The position numbers and the translations under genes were made by a program. Positions 13,285 through 27,929 of a stretch of DNA of 64,000 nt are shown piece after piece (within the stretch, counting starts at the first letter, position 1; every line of letters begins with the position of its first letter). This DNA is from Octopus vulgaris (Eukaryota): positions 89,156,001 to 89,220,000 of the forward strand of contig OX597818.1 in assembly GCA_951406725.2 (NCBI GenBank), written 5' to 3'. The notes beneath the pieces are model-generated. The model searched no databases. It was not told the origin of the DNA and saw nothing but the letters and a program-made list of their open reading frames with translations.

Positions 13285-13327
13285 TCCATCGTGAAGAGGT
13301 CTCCTTAAACACCTGAAACCGGTACAT
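13285..13327 (+). ncRNA. Decayed hammerhead-like motif in a unit related to 5958-6128
   Basis: GTGAAGA-GGT...ACCT-GAAA-CCGG-TA; stem I not restorable and 3-8 pair mismatched. Confidence 0.4.
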
Positions 13328-13636
13328 ATTTTCTTTCTATTTTCCACAGTAAATAGAAGGTCCCACAGCATAAGCATTTTCAACTTACTTTTTCAATATA
13401 TATATATATATATATAATAGACGAAGACAGGTGTATGAACAACAAGCAGGTGCTTTAGTTTGACACTCAGGAAAGTGAGAAAGTCTTTTACGTTTCGAGT
13501 CTAGGCTCTTCGACAGGAAGGATTAAGATGAGAGAAAAACGGAGAGAGAATGAAAAAAAAACAGAGAGAGAAAAAACAGAGAGAGTTCAACTGTCCAACA
13601 TAACGAGATGACCAATATATATATATAAATATATAT

Positions 13637-13712
<76 letters not shown>

Positions 13713-13989
13713 GTCCGTGTATATATGTATAGTCAATTAAAATAAACTGTAATAAATTGTGCTTGTAATAAGTGGTGCATTGAAAACTGTAAGCAAATAT
13801 ATAGACATTAATAGTAATGGTTTCAAATTTTGGCACAAGGCCAGCGATTTTTCGGGAGGGGCTAAGTCGATTACATCGACCCTGAAAGGATGAAAGGCAA
13901 GATCGACCTCAGTGCAACTTGAACTCAAAACATAAATGGACGAAATGCCGCTAAGCATTTTGTCCGGTGTGCTAACAATTCTGCCAACG

Positions 13990-14115
13990 CGCAATTTTTT
14001 GCACTTCTTGCAGGGATGGTAAGCCAGGGATCATTCTCATAAAATTTTCGGTTCCCTTCTTGATCATTCCTAGTGCTCCTACGATCACTGGTATTGTAAC
14101 CGCCTTGAGATGCCA

Positions 14116-14118
<3 letters not shown>
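13990..14118 (-). mobile_element. Dong/R4-like non-LTR retrotransposon C-terminal fragment
   Basis: Minus strand translates MWHLKAVTIPVIVGALGMIKKGTENFMRMIPGLPSLQEVQKI; abuts (TAA)n. Confidence 0.85.
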
Positions 14119-14155
<37 letters not shown>

Positions 14156-14259
14156 GAGTGAGCGAGCAGAGCATGCCATCAAAGTGACACTGGGGTAAAA
14201 TATACGAAGCCCAGTATACCCATCATGACTACCCGTCTGATAAGGGTACACCAGGCACC

Positions 14260-14347
<88 letters not shown>

Positions 14348-14572
14348 GCCGTCAGCATCCTCATTAGGATAACCGTGCTGGCAGACTCGTTAGCACGCTG
14401 GGCGAAATGCTTAGCGGTATTTCGTCTGTCGCTAATTTCTGAGTTCAAATTCGGTTGAGGTCGACTTGCTTTCCATCCTTTCGGGCTCGACAGATTAAGT
14501 ACCAGTCAAGTACTGGGGTCAATGTGATGGATTGTCGCCCTTCCCATAAAGATTCAAGCCTATAGTAGAAAT

Positions 14573-14820
14573 TATTATTATTATTATTTTCCTTCTTCAA
14601 ATTTTCTTCCGTTTCACGCCGAGTGTTTTCCGTACACCTATGGCAGAGAAGCTCATTGTATGCATTCCCAGATTACATATGCAAATTCGCAGGTAAAATA
14701 TGTATTTAAAAAATTGATAAATAAATATATTGAACGGATGTTGTTTTCACAACATGAATGGATGTTGCTTTCACGGCAATAATGCTCTTCTCAGTACATG
14801 AGTCGTTTCAGTTAACACGA

Positions 14821-14822
<2 letters not shown>
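14573..14822 (-). mobile_element. Dong/R4-like LINE 3' end (last codons plus 3' UTR) between (TAA)n tracts
   Basis: KIVLTETTHVLRRALLP* resembles the terminal KIVLxGTAHxLRR motif and is followed by a UTR and an AAT tail. Confidence 0.7.
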
Positions 14823-14870
<48 letters not shown>

Positions 14871-14905
14871 TTTATAAAAGAAATCATTATTATTATTATT
14901 ATTAT

Positions 14906-14988
<83 letters not shown>

Positions 14989-15028
14989 AGTGTAAGCACT
15001 AAATAAGCTTGCACATGCTGAAATTATA

Positions 15029-15322
15029 TTAGCAATCATGCTGCATGATGTTACGACTAATTTTAAATTCTGTCCTAACAATAAATCCTGTGACTATATG
15101 AGTTAGCATCGGTACTTGTAAGTAGTCACTCAACCGATTTATCGATACAACTTGGTTTCCAAGCAAGACAATCCCCGCCATTTTATTGAAATCGAGATTA
15201 CGGGTTTCAGTCGTAAATATTCGAAGAACATGTGCCATAACGTAGGCCTTATGTTCTTGACTAGAAACACCGATGACCAAATACGTTCTTCGATTAGTTA
15301 ATCCAGTATTGTGGTTCATATT
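15029..15322 (-). CDS. Candidate host coding exon, product unknown
   Basis: Non-repetitive open frame of ~97 codons preceded by acceptor-like TTTAACCTCAG; no strong donor site found. Confidence 0.25.
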   Translation of the reverse strand, partial: NMNHNTGLTNRRTYLVIGVSSQEHKAYVMAHVLRIFTTETRNLDFNKMAGIVLLGNQVVSINRLSDYLQVPMLTHIVTGFIVRTEFKISRNIMQHDC

Positions 15323-16959
15323 CTGAGGTTAAACAGCAGCATCGGTAGCAGTAGATACAACAGCAACAGCAACAACAAAAATTATTTATTTGAAGATGTA
15401 AACTTCACCTCTGCCATTTTATAAACATAATACTTGTTTCCCACTTGATTTGAATCCTTCTGTTGTTCGAAAGCGAAGCGGGGTGTCTTAAAGAGTTTCT
15501 CAAGTAAATTAAAAGTGACATTTTCAGGAATACGTGAACACCATGGCTATGATGGCGGAGGACGAAATAGGAAGTAGAATGTCTGTAATAAATTGCAGGA
15601 CTATGTTTTAGCGGGAAATATGTCAGATTAAAGACATAAGATCGTCAAACAGTTGTGACTCCACTGGGGTTTTTAATGTTCGTTCGTTGTACGGATCGGT
15701 GTATATGTGTTTGTGTATGTGTGTGTGTGTACGTGTGTGTGTGTATGTACGTGTGTGTGTGTGTATGTGAATAGAGAGATTCGTGTAGATACACAGCCGT
15801 GGTTGTGTGGCAAGAAATTTGTTTCTCAGCCTCATGGTCTCAAGTTTAGTTTCACTGCGTGGCACCTTAGGCAAATGTCTTCTACTTTTGCCTCGGACCA
15901 ACCAAAGCCTTGTGAGTGGATTTGGTAGGCGGAAACTGAAAGAAGCCCGTCGTATATATATAGGGAGAGAAATCACGAAAAAAACAAAAGACGAATACAG
16001 GTGGTGTAGAAAACAAACAGATGTATTAGTATAACGCTCAGGAATTGAAAAAGTATTTTACGTTTCGATCCTACGCTCTTCCACAGAAAGGAACACAGAA
16101 AGAAACAAGGAGAGAAAAAAATGTGTGTAGTGCCCACCGATCTATCATGTATATATATATATATATATACATAATATAGGCTAGCTGAGTTAGAGGTTAA
16201 AATAACCGTCTAAGGGATAGCAGTATCCATTACACTACCGGTATATTATCTATGTTTAACCATGGGTATACATATGCTAACATATGCTCATAAATTATAG
16301 GTAAAGACAAGGATGAATCAAAATGTTAAGATAATGGGATGCAGCCTATTTGTATCGAATTAATAAATAATAATTGCGTAAATCAATAAATAAATTTAAA
16401 TATTATAAGCCTCACTTCGACTTAAATAATTATGTAACTATATAACTGATGTGGAGAAAAAGAGTCACCTGACGGACCGTCTCAGTTTGTTGACAGCACT
16501 TCGAGGAAGAAGTACCCGTCTTCTTTCCTCAATTAACTCTTATTATTTGCAAATTTTTACAATTTCTTAGCTCCTAAAGACTCTTTGATTATATTTCTCC
16601 GGTTATATTGCTTATGTTTATTTATTCTTGGAAAAATATTGTAAATATTAAATAAATGACAAAAGAAACACAAATTACTTTACAATATCATTTATATTAA
16701 ATTTAGAAACTCTGTCTCAAAAATAGAACATTGATACTTAATGGGTTAATAGCACTGATCAGCTGCCTGTAAACCAGTCTTGAATTAAAGCCGTATGCGT
16801 CTTCTTTGAAAGTGAGTTTCCTTCCATTTTTTTCTGCACATGAATTGTACAGAAACAATGTGCTCATCTTATTTAAGTTACAGTAAGACTTTATACAATT
16901 AAATTTATTTCAGCTCTTAAAAAGTAAAATAATAAACGAAAGGTTAAAACCTATGCTAA

Positions 16960-17330
16960 AATGCCATGATAAAGCGATAGCAAGAAAACTCCTTCATGGT
17001 CAATATCAAAAGAAGCCTAACAGGGTAGAAAAAAAAACAAAGAAAATTCATATTACTGGCTAAGAAACACAAGACCCAATGCTGAGACTGATGTTTTCTG
17101 GGCTGTAGTACAAGATCAAAACCTACCCATCAGAAACTCACAAAAGTATATAATAGAAAAGAATGCTTTTAATGCAGAATATGTGGAGATGGGGAAGAAA
17201 CCCTTGATCAGGCTGTCTCTGGTTTGTTTCCCATGTCTTAGCCTAGAAAGAATACCTCCATATGTATGACTCATATGGGATACATATGTTTTGGAATTAT
17301 ACTAGCGTTGAAATAGCGACAAAAAAACAA
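16960..17330 (+). mobile_element. Decayed Dong/R4-like retrotransposon, CCHC zinc-knuckle region
   Basis: Frameshifted motifs LLHGQY, SYYWLRN, AETDVFWAVVQDQNLPIRN and CRICGDGEETLDQAVSG. Confidence 0.8.
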
Positions 17331-17453
17331 ATGTCATCAGCATGTTTGTCTCTGGTAGTCCTAGACGATTCTGCAATTTCTTGCTGAGTAACCTTCACAG
17401 CTGGGATTTTTTTAGTGTTCAAAATGTTTGTAATGCTCATTAGCATACTCCTT

Positions 17454-18243
17454 GGATCTTTACCTTTTGACCGACAGATTTAAAAAATAATTTTTTGTAA
17501 CTAAATACTTTCAAACTTCGTATACTGATAGAATGTGTCACATAAAACATATTTTACTCTTGGCGTTGTTGAGAAAATTTTGTATTTTGGAAGTTATTTT
17601 TTGTCAAAGTTGTCGTATTTCGGTAATTTCAACTAATCAATGACGTCTATTCAGCTGAATAAAATTACTGCCGTTGTTTGTCGACAACAACTTCCGGCGG
17701 TGTATATTTCGTTTGTCACTGTTATTTATGAAATATTTTATCTCAGTTACGTTTGTATGAATAAACGAGTGTATTTGAAGTATGTTTACTTCATGACACC
17801 ACCATAATCGTTCGTGCTTCATTTTTCATTTTTTCCGTAACTCTAACCCTAAAATCCCAACCCTAGCCCTAACCCTAAAGCATTAAACCTAACCCTAACC
17901 CTAAAACCCTAGCCATAACCCTAAAACCTTAAAGCTAAAACCAGTACAAACGCACGAATGATGTCATAAATAACAGTGACAAACGAAATATACGCCACCG
18001 ATAGTTGTTGTTGACAAACAACAGCAGTAATTTTATTCAGCTGAATACACATCATTGATTGGTTGGAATTACCGAAACACGACAACTTTAACAAAAGATA
18101 ACTTCCAAAATACAGAATTTTCTCAACAACGCCAAGAGTAAAATATGTTTTATGCGACACATTCTACAAGTATACGAAGTTTGAAAGTATTTAGTTACAA
18201 AAAAAAATATTTAAAAAATCTGTTGGTCAAAAGGTAAAGATCC
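17454..18243. mobile_element. MITE/foldback DNA transposon with ~280-bp TIRs, an 8-bp TSD and an internal telomere-like array
   Basis: Termini GGATCTTTACCTTTTGACC / GGTCAAAAGGTAAAGATCC; TACTCCTT duplicated at 17446-17453 and 18244-18251; degenerate (CCCTAA)n at ~17838-17942. Confidence 0.95.
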
Positions 18244-18429
18244 TACTCCTTACATTAAATATATTACTTATACTGATGCACTGTGTACCATTCGTCAGAT
18301 GTCAAAGTGATAGTGCAACGTGAGATGAAGTGGATTATTTAAGAACACAACAACCTGTCCAGTCTAGGAAGCGAGCCTACGATCTCGCGATCCTGAATGC
18401 GACACCTAACTGCTAGGTCACGCACCCTT

Positions 18430-18715
18430 ACACAATGTCGAAGGTATACATCAGTAAAAAGGTTTTCGAGAATAACACAGATACCATATTGGTGTATGCC
18501 AAATACACAGCAACAGGGAGGCAGATGTCAATAGATAATATGATGGTGTCAAAGACCGCCAGAAAATGTATGCCTTTTAAATGAAGAATCAGTCTCTGCA
18601 GATGATAATGTGTGTCTCGAAGAAAAAGATGAATTATTCTGATATAAAGATCTGGAATTAGAGACAACCAGAATGTGTGGGCTGGGAACAGAAGCAATCC
18701 TATAATATATATACT
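18430..18715 (+). mobile_element. Continuation of the Dong/R4-like element, restriction-like endonuclease region
   Basis: SVSADDNVCLEEKDELF*YKDLELETTRMCGLGTEAI resembles the RLE motif KExEKLxKYKDLEIEIxRMW. Confidence 0.78.
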
Positions 18716-18795
18716 TTTAGAATGATTGAAAAAGAATTTTTGGAAAAACATAACCAAAAATCTAGGATTTAAAAAAAGGGCAACATGCAGGACCA

Positions 18796-18837
<42 letters not shown>

Positions 18838-19027
18838 TATGCATAAATACACGTATTTATGCACATATATACATATATATGTTTGTGCAGGTAAATGTAA
18901 ATGTGTATGTATAATATATATATACATACACATATACTTGCAAATATATGGACATGTAAGTATGCGTGTGCGCGCGCGTGCGTGTGTATATATATATATA
19001 TATATTCTCGCGAGACCAAAAGTAAAG

Positions 19028-19072
<45 letters not shown>

Positions 19073-19317
19073 TATATACGTATATCTGTGTGTGTGAGAG
19101 AGAGAGAAAAAGAGAAACAGTCAGACAGACAGACAGACAAATAGAGAGGGAAAGGAGAAAGAAAGATTTGGCTGCTGTTACCTACAGATATATAGAAATG
19201 GCTTCATAGCGACTCTGCATTTTTTATGGTGAAACAATCAAATAAAAATATGAATGAACTCGAAGGTATTTAGGTGGACAGGCAGGCAGACAAACAGACA
19301 AGCGAAAAGATAGACAA

Positions 19318-19386
<69 letters not shown>

Positions 19387-19403
19387 TAGATAGATAGATA
19401 GAC

Positions 19404-19507
<104 letters not shown>

Positions 19508-19537
19508 TACTTGGAGAAATTCGTATGAATATTTCGT

Positions 19538-19576
<39 letters not shown>

Positions 19577-19879
19577 CATATACATACACACACATGCAGA
19601 CACACACAAATGCACACGCATATATACACAGATATATATACATATGTACGCATGTATTCATGTATCTACGTTTATAAACATAGCGAAGTATAAACAGAAG
19701 GGGAAAGCGAAAGAAAGCCGAGAAATCTTGTTTATTTTCCGGTATAGGTTCTGTAATCTTATTAGAGAAATTTCACTTTCAAGGCTGACTTTATAATCCT
19801 ATCGAAAGGTTCCCAATTCAGAACCCAGAAAATATGCTACAACAACAGCTACAACAAAAATAATATACTGATGACACTT

Positions 19880-20330
<451 letters not shown>

Positions 20331-20654
20331 GACAATAGATAAAGATGGAGGAATGATTGAAGTTTCTCCGTCGAGATGTTTCGGAAATATTTTGTTCCTC
20401 GCGGCTTAGAAAGAAGTTCTATATTTGTGTATGATGGCTGTAGGTATATACTTATGTGTGTGCGTGCGTATGGGTGTGTGTGTCTGTGTATGAGTGTGTG
20501 AGTGCGTGTATGTGTGTGTGTGTGTGTGTAATGTATGCCTGCATGCATCAATTTATCTATCAATATGAGTGTTTGAATGTTTGTGAGTATATCTCTGTTT
20601 CTATTTCAATATCTACATCCAAATACATGTAGATAGATATTTAGATAGATAAAC

Positions 20655-20755
<101 letters not shown>

Positions 20756-21731
20756 TGAGATGAATTTCTATATATTTATATTTCAATTTTTATAGATCTT
20801 TTGTGCCCAGATGACTTCTATGTGCAAGCATATATCAAATGTGGATACATAGAGACATGTGTGCGTGTGTGTGTATATATATGTGTGTGTCTGTGTATGT
20901 GTGTGTGTATGTGCATGTGAATATGTATGTGTTTATATAAGTGCGTGTATGCGCGTATGTTTATATTTAAATTCTTTAAATTTTGTGCTCCGATGGACTG
21001 CATATGTGCTTGTATATATAAAACGTGGATACATACACACACACACACATGAAAACCCACATATATACATATGTATATTTATATATGTTTGTGTATATGC
21101 GTATGTACGTGTGTGAGCACGCGCGTGTGTGTTTGTTTATATATACCCATTGTGTACTAGAAACCCTAAGATAAAATTTAAGTAAATACAAGTTTGTATT
21201 TTTTAAGCCCTCTCGCTGTGAAATTTTAAACAGATATAAATACATGATGTCATACACAAACAAACGATGAAAATGCTCTGATGCTTTTCATATTTTGTCC
21301 ATCACTTATCATAAGATGAGTCCTTTATTCTGCGCAACTCTACTTATGACGGAAGCATATAGGAAGTACCACTTTATATGAAACAAATTAAAACATGACT
21401 GTAACGGCTAAAATATTATGCATGTCATGCATTTAACAGTGGTATGATTAAATAATAAATATTTATGTACAATATGTATGACAGCGATTTATTAGAAAAT
21501 CTAAGATAGCATGTTTTTTCGTGCAGTTAAACTATTGCTTTTAAAGGCTTTTGCTACGGAATTTTTTTTAAAAAATGTAAATTCGTCTTGTTACAGATAC
21601 AAAACAATAAAGGAGATTGTTGTGTGTGTGTGTGTGTGCTTATGTAATGCTTGTTTATATATATATATATATATATATATGGAAAAAAAGTCAAGATAGA
21701 AAATTCTAAAATAATTTTATAAAAATCATTT

Positions 21732-21767
21732 CGGTACCGGTTTCAGCCATTGAGACTTTTTCAACTG
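21732..21767 (-). ncRNA. Minimal type I hammerhead motif, U3-A8 variant (paralog of 6042-6085)
   Basis: Minus strand: CAG-TTGAAAA-AGTC tcaat GGCT-GAAA-CCGG-TA-CCG. Confidence 0.68.
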
Positions 21768-22968
21768 TAAGTATGGAAAACAATTAAATTTTGGAAAAAT
21801 TAAAAGAAAAGTTTTTTTAAAAGAATATTTACATAGTGTTCAAATACAAGTGGCATTTCCCTTGTTTCTGCCTGACTTTGTCTCTCATGTTGAATATATA
21901 TATATATATATATATAATGAGAGAAATATAGTACGATAACATTTATTTAACCATTGGAAATTTTAATTTAACGGTAATTGTTTCACAACTTAATAAAACA
22001 TATAGAGATAATTTATTTTATAATACTTGGTTTTTCTATCCGGAAATACACATAGAGGATAGTTATACCCCAATACCCACAGAATATATCTACATAGGTA
22101 CGTTTGTTAGTAGGCTGTCATGTAGCCAAATATATATATATGCATATAGGTAGGTAAATGGATATGTAGATAAACAGATAGATACATAGGTAAGTAGATA
22201 GATAGGTACATAGGTAATACGGACAGACAAGCACCTACATACATACATACATACATAGACAAAAGGAGACGGAAACACATGACCTTATAGACACACACTG
22301 CACATACACATACACGCATACACACAAAGACACATATAGAGATACATCTATACATAACAGACGCACGTACATAGTCACACAAACACATAAACATAGACAC
22401 ATTCAAACACGCGCACACAAGGAGACAGAGGTACACACCCACACAACACACACATACATATATATACATACATACATACATACATACATACATACATACA
22501 TACATACATACATACATACATACATACATACATACATACATACATACATACATACATAGGTGTATACACATGCACGCTGTCGGACACACATGCGCACAAA
22601 TAAACAAAAGGAACACAGATCCGATAACAGACAAAGTCAACAACAATTGAGAAGGTCGCGAGAAGCAACGAAATTCTGGAAGGAAAGATAAATAAGTAAA
22701 TATATAAATAAATTGAGTGGAAATCGAACCGGTGAGTGTGTTAGTTAATAAGGCGTAAAGACAAAAAGACTCTCCGCAGACACAACAAAATTATTTTATT
22801 ATATTTTATAAGTAGAGGTAGACTATGCTTTTCATCCTCTCGGGGTCGATAAATTAAGTACCAGTTGCATACTGGGGTCGATATAATCGGCTTGGCCCCC
22901 TCCTCCAAAATTTCGGGACTTGTGCCTAGAGTAGAAGAGATCATATTTTATAAGTAAGTCATATAGTG

Positions 22969-23011
<43 letters not shown>

Positions 23012-23056
23012 TAGATGTGTGTATATATACATATATATATACAAATATATACATAC

Positions 23057-23382
<326 letters not shown>

Positions 23383-23940
23383 TAATATTTGTCAGTTATA
23401 TATAAACGCAACTTAACATTAAACTGAGAGATTACTCACACCTATTTAAGAGAGTTCATCTTTATTAAATTTTGCAAGGAATATATATACATACATATAT
23501 GCACATAGACATATCCATATATATATATATGTGCATACATCTATACGTAGCTATACATATATATGTATATATCTATATATATACATATATATGTATATAT
23601 ATGTATATATTTACATATGTATGCGTATATATGTATATATATATATTTATATTCATATATATATGTCATTTATATATGCGATGTGTATATGTATGCGTAT
23701 ATTTATTTTAAGTGGCCTGTTTCTAAATGTTTTATCGACACATTTTCTATATTTGCCATTTCCATTTGCCAGTTTGCTATTTTAAACATTTTTCATAGAT
23801 CGATTTCAATATTATATGAAGTTCGTAATATTTTTTTAATTCATAACATTTTCTTTTAACGTGTTATTGCTTGTGAGGCTGCTCTAGATGTCCTTGTTCG
23901 TTGCGCAAACGTATTCAGCATTTCAAACATTTTTTAGGTG

Positions 23941-24530
23941 TACGAGGTACGTTCGAAAAGTGTCCGACTTTATGTTCTCCCATTAAAAATCTTTTCGGCG
24001 GGAGGTGACACCACCCTTCCTGAGCATGCGTGAAAATTTTCGCACCGGTTGGCCGAGTCAGTTTTCGGCGCATGCGCTCTAGAATAGAGACGCAGTCGTC
24101 GAATTTTCGTCTTCGCAGAACGCATCGTTTAGAGATATTGCTTCAAATTTTGCCAAAAGCTGGGTGATATTAATACTTATACCATCTAGAACAATCAGAG
24201 GGCCTTTAGCAATGATACCATGGGCAGAACCCAGATCAAGGTGTGGTACAACTGTTTCAAGTATTATTACATCCCAGTGGAGAGCGAAGCACGCTCAAGC
24301 AGGCCATTCACAAATCGAAACGACGAGACGATTGTGAAGGGACGGCAAATAGTTACGGAAGACCGTCGTGTAACAATCCAGGAAATTGTTGACAAAGTGA
24401 GAATAAGCACAGGATCAGTGTATTCCATCTTAACGGAAGATTTGTGCATGTGAAGAGTGTCTGCAAAATTCTTCCCCTGTGTGCTGACAGAGCAGCAGAA
24501 GCTACTCCACATGAAAACAGCTCAGGACCT
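23941..24530 (+). mobile_element. 5' half of a decayed mariner element
   Basis: TACGAGG terminus; motifs FKFCQKLG, ESEARSSRP, EDRRVTIQEI and ILTEDLCM*RVSAKFFPCVLT. Confidence 0.88.
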
Positions 24531-26229
24531 GCGTCTTGTGATTATAGGAATATATTGAAGACATTAGGTATGTACTAATTTCCATTTCTCGATGTTTCTA
24601 GTCCTAGTTTTGTCTTCGTGTGTCATTGTGTGTATAAACGAAGCTTTGTATGTTGATATATAACTATGTAACTGTGTAGCTGATTATTTATTCTTTGAGG
24701 TCTGCGATGTCTTTGTGTGTCTCTCTGTGTTTGTCATATCCCCTTAAAATATGTGTATGAATGGATTTGGCTGGTTGCATCCATGTTTTCGTTTACGTTT
24801 GCGTTCACTCAAATATACGTGCATATTTTCTTACAGCAAACCATCAAAAGTAAATAAATTTCAGAAATCCAGTATCTACGTAATCCGGGATTTTCATTTG
24901 TGTCAGCGTGAAAGAAATTCTGTAATGAATTTATGAGCCAAATGAAACAAACCACAGCGAGCAAAAAGATAATTGTACGAAATTTTACGCTGCGAACGAA
25001 AGGAGATCACGGTGTTTCGGATTATTTGCCCTTTGTCAAATAATCTTTGTATGCGTAGAGAAGGAGAGAATGAAAAATACTTGAAGAATGTAAACGCATA
25101 GAATGAAAGTCGGTGAAGTGTTTGAAAGGTGATACTCTCAATGAATTAGATGTATGAGTGTGTTGTATGGAGGATAGCGAGCGATAGATCAGAGAACACA
25201 GATGGTTGCAGCTATTCAGGTAATATTAGCAATGTAGCATGTATGAGCGAGAGTCTAAAACTAGTTTCTCGCCACTTCACTTCTTCAGAAGCATTCCTTC
25301 TAAAATATTCTATAAGCAGCAGTTAGACTTCAACTTAGGGACAGTCAATCCTCGATGCATCAAGCATAAAGTACACATAAACAACCACGCATTCACTTTC
25401 ACGCCACCGTTCTACTTGCTATCGTTCTACTTGTCACTACCTACGCTCACACATACGTGGTGTTTCGTTTACACCAACAGAATTTGTCGCTACATGCATT
25501 CTCACTAGAATCCCCCAGTCCTGTTCACGGCAGTATTCTAATATATGTATACAAAACATGCTCACATATACACGCCATTATGTCAATAACACTTGAAGCG
25601 CTACTACCTCTTACCCTTCCCTTCATTCTCTCTTACACCCTAGTCTTCCTTCTCACCCACTGGTTCACAACTTTCTAATTCCTCCAGAATATGACCAACA
25701 TTAACTCTTCGTTCAACACATGTTCTTCTACCATAAACTACTTATCTGTATTGACTTCCGTTCCACCATTATTTACCCTGTATGTTGCTGTAAAATATTC
25801 ACACACATAAACACGCACGCACACACACGCACAAGTACGCGCGCGCAGAAGTATTATTCTCCAACTATTTTTGATTCTACCTCCCCTTCTTCGCCTATCT
25901 TGATAGAGGACAAATTACTCGAAATATCAATACATTTTCTTTTCCTTCACCATGCAATACTTTGACTTCAGACGGTTGTTTTCCCATTTTTTAAAATTTA
26001 TATCTTGACTCTATTTCTTCCTTTCTTTTTCTGATTTTTTTTTTTATTTTGGTAATAAATTGCTTTCTCAATATATTCAAGCATCACTTAACTTCCACGA
26101 CACTTCAATACTACAATCAAGCAATGTCTGTATATAACGTAGCTAGAATATATTGTAGTACATCGTAGCTGTGTTTTCATAGTGATAGTGGTGCCTACTG
26201 CACTACAACCGAACAGGGCTGAGATACTG

Positions 26230-26660
26230 TTATGGATGCTGGTAGTGGTAGTAAGAGTGTCAGTGCCAGTGGCAGTGGTGGTGGTGACAGTGGTGGTTGT
26301 GGTGGTTGTGGTGGTAGTAGTGGTGTTGGTGGCAGTTGTCATAGTCATCGTCCTCTTTACCGTCGTTTTCGGAATGGAAGCGGCGGCGGCGGTAGTGCTG
26401 GTGGTGAAAGTGTATGTAGTGGTGGTGGTGCTGGTGGTGTTGGTGGAGGAGGAGTGCTGGCAGCAATGGTAGTGGTGGCAGTGGCATAAGAATGTTGGTG
26501 GCAGTTGTGGAGGTGGTCGCGGTGGTAGTACTGGCGTTGGCTCCTTTAATGGTGTGGTCGTAGTGGTAGTGGTGAGTGTTGTCCTGGTGGAGGCAGGTGG
26601 TGGGTGGTGGTGGGTGGTAGTGTTGGCTATGGTGGTTGACTGAATAATGGTGCGAATAGT
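26230..26660. repeat. Degenerate (GGT)n low-complexity tract
   Basis: GGT/GTA/GCA triplet mosaic; a similar tract lies at 46460-47330. Confidence 0.9.
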
Positions 26661-26868
26661 GTAACAATTTTTCTTCAGGTGGTTTCATGTACACATCCAT
26701 AGGTGGACGCGAACATTCATAGATATGCGCACATATGCATATACATTATATACACACACATGCACACACGCACATACATCCAAACACACATTCACATATG
26801 TATATACATATATACATACATATATATATATATATACATATATATATAATATATATATATATGTATAC

Positions 26869-26917
<49 letters not shown>

Positions 26918-26987
26918 TACATTCATACACTCTTACGTGCACAGACGTAAGTACAAGCATACACACACATATATATATAAATATATA

Positions 26988-27034
<47 letters not shown>

Positions 27035-27379
27035 CACATATATGAAGTCAAACTAAGATATATTCCCAAAATACTGTATTTCTATGAACAAGTTTGTTTT
27101 TCTTTCAATTATCTGAGAAAATTCTTCGTTTAAACACATTTTTATTTGATGACTGCAAAAAAACAAATCATATACTGGGTTTTTTAAAGGTAATTAAAAC
27201 AGAAATCTGACTATATTTATGCGTTTTTATATGAGTATTTGTATGTATTAATGCTATGTTTGGCTATGTGAGTATGTGTGGTTGTGTGCATATGGAACAG
27301 TATATATGAATATACATTCATGTTTATATGTGTGTCCATATAAAGCTAAACAGGTGTATATCAGTATGTACATATTTAC

Positions 27380-27423
<44 letters not shown>

Positions 27424-27855
27424 ATATATATATACATATATGTATGCATGTCTATGTATATATGTGCATATATATATATATATATATGTATATACATACA
27501 TATATATATATATATATATGCATTTATACATACATATGTATCTATGTATGTATATATATATAGTGGCTCGAAGGTAATGATTTCCTCATTTACCATACAG
27601 AATAGTTTTTCGCTTGGATGGCTGGATGCATTCGTTCAAGCATGTGTATGTGTGTGAGTGAGTGTGCATGTCTATGTAGATGCTTGTACGTATGCATATA
27701 TATATATATAAATATATATATAAACATACATATACACATATATATGCATACATATGTACACATGCATGCATACACACATATATATGTATACATATATATA
27801 TACACATATATATATGCATACATATCATACATTTGTACTCATGCATATCTAAATA

Positions 27856-27929
<74 letters not shown>

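Noticed and set aside
17838-17942. True telomere or chromosome fusion site
   Set aside because: Short, degenerate, single-orientation and enclosed in a transposon with a TSD
20350-20410. Hammerhead-like GGAA/TTCC-GAAA-CATC-TC on the minus strand
   Set aside because: Core and stem I are not recoverable
25000-25050. TTGACAA-A-GGG..TCC-GAAA motif on the minus strand, a possible further U3-A8 core
   Set aside because: Stem I and the cleavage triplet do not fit, so it was not counted
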